Below are positions 18,500 to 25,723 of a stretch of 64,000 nucleotides of DNA, in pieces. Origin of the DNA: an uncultured bacterium (lineage in GTDB: Bacteria; Krumholzibacteriota; Krumholzibacteriia; LZORAL124-64-63); assembly GCA_937910695.1 (NCBI GenBank), contig CALEMW010000069.1, positions 17,933 through 81,932 on the forward strand, read 5' to 3'. Each line of letters starts with the position of its first letter. The stretch's first letter is position 1. A model generated the notes under the pieces. That model was not told where the DNA came from. It saw only the letters and a list, made by a program, of their open reading frames with translations, and searched no databases. The translations under genes were made by a program, and so were the position numbers.

Positions 18500-19504
18500 A
18501 TGACAACGTTCCGCCCCGGCCTCCCGGCAGCGGCGGTGCATGATCATCTGCAAGCTTCCCTGCAGCAGATGCTGAGCGCCGAACAGGCCGCCGTTCTCTG
18601 GTTCGCCGACATCCTCGAACGCCGGCTCTATCGCGATCTCGGTTTCGGGACGATGATCCTCTACGCTCAAAACGCTCTCGGCTTCTCGCGCAGCAAAGCC
18701 TATGAATTCCTGCGTATGGCCCGGGAACTCGAGCGGCTGCCGCGAACGCGGAAGGCGGTCGAATCAGGGAACCTCTCCTGGACCAAGGCGCGGGAAGTCA
18801 CGAGCGTGGCCACCCCGGCCACCGAGAGTGCTTGGCTCGATGTGGCGAACACGTCGAGTCAGCGTGCATTGAAGACGTCGGTGAAGCAGACGAAAAATCG
18901 CCGCGCCGCCGCTGCTTGCGGACAAGCCGAGCTCGTGCCTGTCGAGCCTCTTCCCCCCGCCGAACCCCGAGTCTCGACGACATTGTCCCTGACCGCGACC
19001 CAGCGTGAGCGACTCGATACTCTCCTCGAAACACTGCGAAAGAACGGCGAAACCGGCTCCCGGGAAGATCTGCTGCTCCAGGGCCTGGAACTCCTCGCCG
19101 GTGATAAGTCCAGACGTCTGGACTCGGGGCCGGCTCAGCTGATCGTCATCGAGGAATGTCCGAAGTGCGGCGCGGCCGCGACGGGTGGCCGTCCCCTCGA
19201 TCCCGCCGATCTGGAAGCCGCCCGCTGCGACTCCGTCCTTCAGCAGGAAGGCCGCAACCGCGCCGTCATCCCCCCGTCGCAACGGCGCCGGGTCCTGGCC
19301 CGCGACCACCATGCGTGCACAACGGCCGGGTGTATGTCGCGGCGGTTTCTTCAGATCCATCACATCGTGCCGCGATCTGCAGGCGGCGCCAATACCATCG
19401 ACAATCTCACGACGCTCTGCAGTTCCTGTCATCAATCAGCCCATAAGAGAACCCGGCCGTCGAGCCCGCTGAGACTCGACGGCCGGGTGAAGTCTCCCCC
19501 ATAG
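18500..19504 (+). CDS. HNH endonuclease (DUF222/13E12-repeat-family-like N-terminal region plus HNH nuclease motif).
   Basis: The C-terminal region carries the HNH motif ...RRVLARDHHACTTAGCMSRRFLQIHHIVPRSAGGANTIDNLTTLCSSCH.... The N-terminal ~250 aa resemble DUF222. The alternative GTG start at 18494 is noted. Confidence 0.65.
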   Translation: MTTFRPGLPAAAVHDHLQASLQQMLSAEQAAVLWFADILERRLYRDLGFGTMILYAQNALGFSRSKAYEFLRMARELERLPRTRKAVESGNLSWTKAREVTSVATPATESAWLDVANTSSQRALKTSVKQTKNRRAAAACGQAELVPVEPLPPAEPRVSTTLSLTATQRERLDTLLETLRKNGETGSREDLLLQGLELLAGDKSRRLDSGPAQLIVIEECPKCGAAATGGRPLDPADLEAARCDSVLQQEGRNRAVIPPSQRRRVLARDHHACTTAGCMSRRFLQIHHIVPRSAGGANTIDNLTTLCSSCHQSAHKRTRPSSPLRLDGRVKSPP

Positions 19505-19512
19505 GAGATCGC

Positions 19513-22149
19513 CTACTTGATCAGCACCAATTTCGACGTCTCCCGCACGTCCCCCGCACGGAACACGGCGAAGTACACACCGGCGCCGAGTGCGCGGCCA
19601 CGGCCGTCGCGGCCGTCCCACATGGCGTGGTGTTCGCCCGCCGTCCGTACGCCGTCGACAAGGCGGCGCACGAGGCGACCTCGCTGGTCATGGATGTCGA
19701 TGGAGACCGGACCGTCCTTGGCCACGCTGTAACTCAGCTTGGTGGCCGGGTTGAATGGGTTCGGCGCCGCGCCGTGGAGGCGGTTCTCGAAGACCGGCAC
19801 ATCGTCGCTGCCGGTCAGGGTGATGACGAGTGACCCCGTTTCCATCAGCTGCGGCGGTGCCATACCCTGGGCGACCCAGGCGTCGTGCAGGTCCTGGCCG
19901 TAGGTGTTCGTGGTGTTTTCGTCGCGCAGGAACTCGATGTACTCCTTGCTGATCGACTGGTAGTACAGACTCACTTCGACGCTGGCCGTCGCAACGGGAA
20001 GCGTGTAGTGGGTGTCGTCCCAGTACTGACCATCGGCATAGGTATAGCCCACCGGAGGTGATTGGACAGTCTCGAAGGCAGCATTGGTGAAGCCGCGGGG
20101 CGGAATCCGGTTGTCCAGGAACACCGTGTCGTTCAGCACGAAGTGGAACGAGGGACCGTCGGGAATGCCGAGCAGGGCGCCGAGGCGCGTCGAGGTGCCG
20201 GGCTCGATGTGGTAGATCTTCGCATCGGCGTCGTGGGCGAGATCGGCGGTGACCGCATCGTAGGCCCCAGACTCGTAGATCAAAGCCGAGCCGACATCGA
20301 AAGCCTTCACGTTGATCCAGATGCGGCGGCCTTCGGGATACCCCGAGGGCAGCTTGTGCCCCGTCTCGTTGACCACGCGCACATTGATGCCCGGGAATCC
20401 GCCCTGGGCGGCTTCGGTGATTTCGAGGGTGGCGGCCTTCTGGAGCATGGCCGACACGCGGGTCTTGGCCGAGGCAAGGGCGGCGGGATCCACGGCGCCC
20501 GGGAAGAAGTCGAGAATGATGTCCGGCACGAAGTGGTTGCCGCCCGTCAGGTCGTGGACGGCGAGATCGCTGCGGATGGGGCCGGCGGCGGCGCCGCGAC
20601 CGCTGGCGTCGGCCATGTGGCAGTCCTGGCAGGTGCCCACCACGCCGTCGGGCTTGGTGCCCGCGAACTCGGGAGCGTAGACACCGGTCAGGGCGTACTC
20701 GCTCACGCTCCACTCGCTGAAGGTGCGTTCGACGGGGAACATGTTGCGCTTATCGCCGTCGGCATGGGGCGTATCGAGGGGATCGACCACATAAAGACCC
20801 GGCGAACCGCCATAGGCGAAGGCCGGATTGCTCACATCGTGACAGGTGCCGCAGATATCGCCGCGGCGGTGAAAGTCCGATTCGTAGAACTGATGGTCGG
20901 CCTGGGCGTCGGCATAGGGGCCGCGCATGATCGGGTCGGGGTCGGTGACGAACTGGCCGTTGCCGTACCCCAGCGGGATCGCGTCGAGGTCGTTCAGAAT
21001 CGTCTCATCCGAGGCCGGGCTCACGCCGACCTGGTAGATCGGATCGACGGCGCGGTGACAATAGTCGCACTGCACGCCGAAGCGGTCCGTCTCGGTCAGC
21101 AGACCGCCGGTCGTGTCGAGGGAGCGTCCCTCCTGCCAGCCGCCCGGCGTGTGGCAACGCAGGCAGAGATCGCCGCTTGAGGGCGCATCCTGCTCGGCGA
21201 TGATCATCGTGGCGATGAAGACGGGGTCCCGCATGGTGTTGCCCATCATGCTGCCCGACCAGTTGTACCAGGGCTCGGTGGCCGCGGCGTAGTCGCCGTG
21301 GCAGCTGCGGCACACCAGGTCCGGGTTGTCGAGGACACCGGAGCCGAAGGGTTGTGTGCCTGCGAGTTCGAAGTCGCGCAGGGTGGTGGGCGCCGTGCCC
21401 GCACCCCAGGCCGCGATGGTCACGTCGGCGTCGCTCATGTCTTCGCCCGTGTTGCCCACGAGATCGTAGGCCTCCACGATGATGCGGTTGTTCGCCCCGG
21501 GCAGGATGGGCAGGAAGATGTCCACGGTGCCGTCGTTGAGCAGGCCTTTGGCGATGGGCTTGCGCGAGGTTCCGCCGTCGTCGCTGAGATAGATGTCGAT
21601 GTCGGCGACGCCGTTGTCGTCGGTGGCGGTCCAGGTGATGGTCATCAAAGTGTTCGGCATGAGGGTCTCGCCGCCGTTGGGAGAGAGCACCGTGACCACG
21701 GGCGGCGTGGTGTCGCTCGATCCGGTCGGGGTGAGGTACGGTTGCACCTCGAGGGGATCGACATTGATGATCGACCCATAGTTGGACAGCTTCAGGCCCG
21801 GGAATGTGGGCGTGTTGGAGAAGCCGGCAATGTCGGTGATTTCCTGGAGATTGCTGAAACCGTCTCCGTCCGCATCCAGAGTTTCGACGGCGAGGATGGC
21901 CTGTTCATTGGTCAAGCCTCCTTGAATACCGACTTCGATCGAGAGTCCGAAGGGGTTCCGTGGCCCGCCCCCGTCGAAGTCGAAGTGGCATACGCCGCAA
22001 TGATTGGGATTGCTTGGCAGGGAGCTGATCTGTGTGCCGTCGGCTTGTGGATACAATGAGAAGAATGTGCGCCGGATGGGATTTCGAGCCAGAGCAGCTT
22101 GGGCGAGCAACAGAACGATGATCAGCAGGACGGGCGAGCGCCTGGACAT
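19513..22149 (-). CDS. Secreted multiheme c-type cytochrome (6 CXXCH) with a T9SS C-terminal sorting domain.
   Basis: A GGAGG RBS and a signal peptide are present. The heme motifs are CGVCH, CRSCH, CLRCH, CDYCH, CGTCH and CQDCH. The C-terminal ~85 aa is APNPFNPATKLSYSVAKDGPVSIDIHDQRGRLVRRLVDG...WDGRDGRGRALGAGVYFAVFRAGDVRETSKLVLIK, the same tail type as the C25 and M6 peptidases here. Confidence 0.8.
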   Translation of the reverse strand: MSRRSPVLLIIVLLLAQAALARNPIRRTFFSLYPQADGTQISSLPSNPNHCGVCHFDFDGGGPRNPFGLSIEVGIQGGLTNEQAILAVETLDADGDGFSNLQEITDIAGFSNTPTFPGLKLSNYGSIINVDPLEVQPYLTPTGSSDTTPPVVTVLSPNGGETLMPNTLMTITWTATDDNGVADIDIYLSDDGGTSRKPIAKGLLNDGTVDIFLPILPGANNRIIVEAYDLVGNTGEDMSDADVTIAAWGAGTAPTTLRDFELAGTQPFGSGVLDNPDLVCRSCHGDYAAATEPWYNWSGSMMGNTMRDPVFIATMIIAEQDAPSSGDLCLRCHTPGGWQEGRSLDTTGGLLTETDRFGVQCDYCHRAVDPIYQVGVSPASDETILNDLDAIPLGYGNGQFVTDPDPIMRGPYADAQADHQFYESDFHRRGDICGTCHDVSNPAFAYGGSPGLYVVDPLDTPHADGDKRNMFPVERTFSEWSVSEYALTGVYAPEFAGTKPDGVVGTCQDCHMADASGRGAAAGPIRSDLAVHDLTGGNHFVPDIILDFFPGAVDPAALASAKTRVSAMLQKAATLEITEAAQGGFPGINVRVVNETGHKLPSGYPEGRRIWINVKAFDVGSALIYESGAYDAVTADLAHDADAKIYHIEPGTSTRLGALLGIPDGPSFHFVLNDTVFLDNRIPPRGFTNAAFETVQSPPVGYTYADGQYWDDTHYTLPVATASVEVSLYYQSISKEYIEFLRDENTTNTYGQDLHDAWVAQGMAPPQLMETGSLVITLTGSDDVPVFENRLHGAAPNPFNPATKLSYSVAKDGPVSIDIHDQRGRLVRRLVDGVRTAGEHHAMWDGRDGRGRALGAGVYFAVFRAGDVRETSKLVLIK

Positions 22150-22375
22150 GACTCAACCTCCACGGTGTTGAGAGAGGCGCCGCTTCCCCGATACCGACAA
22201 CTCTCTTGATTTCGAGCTTGCAAGATCATGACGGAAATAATCGTGAATTTCCAGTGCTTGTTTATTTAATATCATACCCTAGTGGCTTAGTGGGGTTTTG
22301 AGACTCTGGACCTGGAGCGTCCCGGGGCGCATGATGAGGAGGGAATCGAACATCCTTCATGATCCGGGAGCCCCC

Positions 22376-22801
22376 ATGATCCGCCTGATCGCCGTCGGCA
22401 AGATGAAGGACCGCCACTACGCCGCTCTCGTGGAGCAATACGTGAAGCGGATCCGTCCCTGGGCCGGTCTCGAAATCGTCGAAATCAAGGACCAGGGGCC
22501 TGAACGCGAAGCGCAGGTCATGATCGAGCGGATCGGTCCGAGCGAGCACGTCGTGGCTATGGACGAACGCGGAGAAACTTTGACGTCGCGTGAACTGGGA
22601 GGTTTGCTGGCGATCTTCGGTTCGCCGACCTTCCTGATCGGCGGCCCGGACGGGCTGGGAGACAAGGTCCGCAGGCGGGCCGACCTCACCCTTTCGCTCT
22701 CGACCATGACCTTCCCCCACGAGCTGGCCCGCCTGATGCTCGTGGAGCAGATCTACCGCGGCCTGGCCATCAACCGCGGTCATGCCTATCACCGGGACTG
22801 A
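22376..22801 (+). CDS. rlmH: 23S rRNA (pseudouridine1915-N3)-methyltransferase RlmH.
   Basis: The 141-aa product is MIRLIAVGKMKDRHYAALVEQYVKRI...LIGGPDGLGDKV...LSLSTMTFPHELARLMLVEQIYRG (SPOUT/RlmH signature). A GGGAG RBS lies 6 nt upstream. The 26 track codons upstream are discarded. Confidence 0.8.
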   Translation: MIRLIAVGKMKDRHYAALVEQYVKRIRPWAGLEIVEIKDQGPEREAQVMIERIGPSEHVVAMDERGETLTSRELGGLLAIFGSPTFLIGGPDGLGDKVRRRADLTLSLSTMTFPHELARLMLVEQIYRGLAINRGHAYHRD

Positions 22802-22931
22802 GGGAACGTCGATGAAACATCGGAGTTCACCTGCGGTCCCCTCTTGGCGCGCCCGCTACCGTTCCCTATACTGGGCCCGTCCGCGGCCGGACGATCCGAC
22901 CGCCGTCGATCCGACCAACCAGAGGAACCCG

Positions 22932-23675
22932 ATGAACCGACCCAAGCTTCCGGGCACCTGCCTCACGGCGATCGTCCTCGCCGCGACGATCTTCGTCGCC
23001 GATCCGTCTGCGGCCGCCACCCTGCATCTCACCGGGCCCGACGGAGCCGTTGTGATCCTGGACGGCACCGTACTGGAAGCCCTGCCTCTGAGAGAACCCC
23101 TCACCGTAGGAATGGGCGAGCATAGGATCTCCTCCTCGCTGACCGGGGCCCAACCAGTCGACCAGACCCTGCTGGTCACCAGCGAACATCAGATCGTGCA
23201 CCTGCAGCTGCGCTTCGTTCCCCTGAACAGAATCAGCGCCGTAACTACGAGTCTGATGCTTGCCGGCTCCGGACAACGGTACGAAGGCCGACCACGTCTG
23301 GGCGCGGCCCTCACGGGCCTGGAGGCTCTCGGCCTGCTGACCGCGCTGATGTCGGAACTCCAGGTGAGAAACTTCAGGGACGACTACCTGCTCGCCTTCG
23401 AGTCCTATCAGAACGCCGTGTCGTCGGCGGACATTACAAGATGGCGCTCCGCCGCCACCACCAGCCACGACGACATGAACAGCGCCGCCGACCGGCGCGA
23501 CCTGGGCATCGCCGTGGCCGCCGGCGCGGTGATCGTGAGCGCCCTGGACGCCTGGTTCCGCTTCCCCGCCCTGGACGCCGGCGTGGACCTGACGACAACC
23601 GGCCCGTTCGAGACCGCCCTGGCTCCCGCCGGGATCTCGCCCCGCGCCCATGTCACCCTCACCCTGAACTTCTGA
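22932..23675 (+). CDS. Secreted PEGA-domain protein (hypothetical).
   Basis: An AGAGGA RBS precedes the signal peptide MNRPKLPGTCLTAIVLAATIFVADPSAAA. A PEGA-like segment (GPDGAVVILDGTVLEALPLREPLTVGMGEHRISSS) is present and the protein ends in Phe. Alternative starts are at 22812 and 22782. Confidence 0.45.
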   Translation: MNRPKLPGTCLTAIVLAATIFVADPSAAATLHLTGPDGAVVILDGTVLEALPLREPLTVGMGEHRISSSLTGAQPVDQTLLVTSEHQIVHLQLRFVPLNRISAVTTSLMLAGSGQRYEGRPRLGAALTGLEALGLLTALMSELQVRNFRDDYLLAFESYQNAVSSADITRWRSAATTSHDDMNSAADRRDLGIAVAAGAVIVSALDAWFRFPALDAGVDLTTTGPFETALAPAGISPRAHVTLTLNF

Positions 23676-23688
23676 GAGGAGGGCGACG

Positions 23689-25185
23689 ATGCACCGTTCC
23701 GACCTACGCCTGATTCCCGCCGTCGTCCTGTTGGCGACCCTGATCGCGGCGATGTTCCTGGGCTGCACCGAAACGCCTACCGAAGCCGAGTACAACAATC
23801 CCCTCGATCCGGGTGGCCCCTTCGGTGGCGACCCCTTCAGCCTGCAGGCCAACCTTTCCGGCAATGCGGTCTTCCTGACCTGGACGGGGCTCAACCTCGG
23901 CGACCTGGCCGGATACCGGGTGGAACGCAGGTCGGGCAACGAGACGGTCTTCATCGAAATCGTCGAGCTCGGACCTGCTTTCACGGTCTACCAGGACTCG
24001 ACCTACGCTCCCAACGCAGCCAACTCGTATCGGGTCCTTGCCCTGAATGCAGCGGGCAATTCCAACGCCACCTCGGCGATCACGCCCGCAACGATCGTGG
24101 CGCCGGCCCTCGTCGATCTGGGCGGATACGAAACTTCGGCCACCCGACTCGTCGACATCCTGGTCCGCGCTTCGATAGGTGAAAGCGTCGAAGTGGACGA
24201 CGATCCGGATTTCGCTTCCGCGTCCGTCTTCCCCCTCGACGAGGTGGGTGTAGCCTCTTTCAGCTGGGACCTGGGCACAGCTGCGGCCAACGGAGAGAAG
24301 AAGTACATCCACACGCGTGTTTTCACCGCCGGCGTACCCTCTCCCTCGCGCATCGATTCTCTGACTGTGGATTTCTCGCCGGTCCTTATCTTCGTCGGCA
24401 ACCCTGCGACGCTGGCCAGCCGGACAACGCCGCTGGCGATCAGCGGTGGCGGCATGACCCGCATGCGCTTCGCCGTCGACCGCGCCGGGCTCGAAGCGGA
24501 GCCCTGGCTCGACGCCGCTGACTCCTTCGATGGATGGGAACTCACGGCTGCCGCGGATTCGCAACTTGTGTTCGGCGAGTTCGACGGGGAATTCGGCTTC
24601 ACGTTCGTGGACAGCGCCTGGGCGGCCCCGGACAGTCTGGTGGGTCTGACTCTCATATTGAACGGCGGCAGCGAATCGGTGATCGGCGACAGCCTCCCGG
24701 TGTACATCAACGCCGTCGCCACCCAGTTCCGCGCCGCCCAGAGCGAAGATGCCTTGGCCGTCACGCCCTGGGAACCCTACGACGGCCCGTCCGACTTCGT
24801 GCACGACGGCTGCGGATCAGCTTTAGAGAAGACCGTCTACGCCCAGGTCCGCAACGACTGGTTCACCTCGGCACCCTTGAGCGGCACCGTCATCTGGCAG
24901 CCGGACGAGGTGCTGGGAGCCACCTTCACCGGACCTGAGAGCGTGACCGCCGGTGCGGCGGTAACACTGAGCGGCACAGCAGTGCAAGGCACCTGCAACT
25001 CAACTGTCGATATGGTGAATGTGGATGTGGGGGACGGCTGGGTCGCCGCATCCGGTACCCTCGCCTGGAGTCTGGCGTGGACAGCACCGACCGAGGCAGG
25101 AGAAGTAGAAATCCAAGTCCAGGTCGTCGCCGGCGCCGATGTATCGCTGATCCAGACCTTCCATATCGTCGTCGTTGCACCCTGA
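23689..25185 (+). CDS. Lipoprotein with a fibronectin-III-like domain (hypothetical).
   Basis: A GAGAGGAGG RBS precedes the lipobox ...LIAAMFLGC. An FN3-like segment follows (LSGNAVFLTWTGLNLGDLAGYRVERRSGNETV...YRVLALNAAGNS). The rest of the 498 aa is unassigned. Confidence 0.5.
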   Translation: MHRSDLRLIPAVVLLATLIAAMFLGCTETPTEAEYNNPLDPGGPFGGDPFSLQANLSGNAVFLTWTGLNLGDLAGYRVERRSGNETVFIEIVELGPAFTVYQDSTYAPNAANSYRVLALNAAGNSNATSAITPATIVAPALVDLGGYETSATRLVDILVRASIGESVEVDDDPDFASASVFPLDEVGVASFSWDLGTAAANGEKKYIHTRVFTAGVPSPSRIDSLTVDFSPVLIFVGNPATLASRTTPLAISGGGMTRMRFAVDRAGLEAEPWLDAADSFDGWELTAAADSQLVFGEFDGEFGFTFVDSAWAAPDSLVGLTLILNGGSESVIGDSLPVYINAVATQFRAAQSEDALAVTPWEPYDGPSDFVHDGCGSALEKTVYAQVRNDWFTSAPLSGTVIWQPDEVLGATFTGPESVTAGAAVTLSGTAVQGTCNSTVDMVNVDVGDGWVAASGTLAWSLAWTAPTEAGEVEIQVQVVAGADVSLIQTFHIVVVAP

Positions 25186-25233
25186 CGTTGACCCACTGGC
25201 CCGTCGCGACCGAGCGGCGGGCCGATTTGTCCT

Positions 25234-25578
25234 TCAGATCCGCATCACGCGCTCCGCCGAGTTCATCAGCGACAGGATCTCCACCATCGTACTCACGCGC
25301 CCAACCGTCAGTTCGCTCTTCTTTTCGAACCAGTCGAGACAAGTCCCGCAACACAGCAGTTCCACACCCGCCGCGGAAAGACCCCGCAAATCAGCCAGTG
25401 CATGGGACCCCTCGCAACACAGCAGCACACCCGCATTCATGAACATCACATGAGACGGCAACCCACCCTCCATCTTCCCCAGATTCTTCATCGCCGCCAA
25501 CATCAACGCCCGCCCCAACTCGTCGTCTCCCCGCCCCAACCGATCCCCCCCCACAAACACCACCGTCTTCACACTCAT
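25234..25578 (-). CDS. DsrE/DsrF-family small protein resembling the C-terminal domain of YedF (selenium metabolism protein).
   Basis: MSVKTVVFVGGDRLGRGDDELGRALMLAAM...GVELLCCGTCLDWF...MVEILSLMNSAERVMRI has the fold-level motifs of the DsrE-like family (GxGxD...CGTC...E.L..A.KV). No TusA domain lies upstream. The 60 upstream track codons read through a hairpin and are rejected. Confidence 0.55.
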   Translation of the reverse strand: MSVKTVVFVGGDRLGRGDDELGRALMLAAMKNLGKMEGGLPSHVMFMNAGVLLCCEGSHALADLRGLSAAGVELLCCGTCLDWFEKKSELTVGRVSTMVEILSLMNSAERVMRI

Positions 25579-25656
25579 CCCCCCTCCCCACTCACCCACC
25601 CTGAACGAGGCCCCGGGCCCAAGCCCGGGGCCAAAGTTGCCCCCCCCATCCCTCAA

Positions 25657-25722
25657 GGAAATCGGAAGGGCCGTCAGAATCGATGTCAGGCTGTTTCGAT
25701 TCTGACGGCCCTTCCGATTTCC
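25657..25722. repeat. Perfect 27-bp inverted repeat (66-nt hairpin) immediately 3' of the M6 protease stop codon.
   Basis: The left arm is ggaaatcggaagggccgtcagaatcga (25657-25683), the loop is tgtcaggctgtt, and the right arm is tcgattctgacggcccttccgatttcc (25696-25722). The arms are exact reverse complements. The stop codon lies at 25724-25726 (minus strand) and no U-tract follows. Confidence 0.9.
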
Positions 25723-25723
25723 G

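Noticed and set aside
25657-25722. Reading the 27-bp hairpin as a standard rho-independent terminator.
   Set aside because: There is no U-rich tract on the transcript 3' side (the flank is G-rich), and the stem is far longer than typical terminators. It is kept as an unexplained structured element instead.
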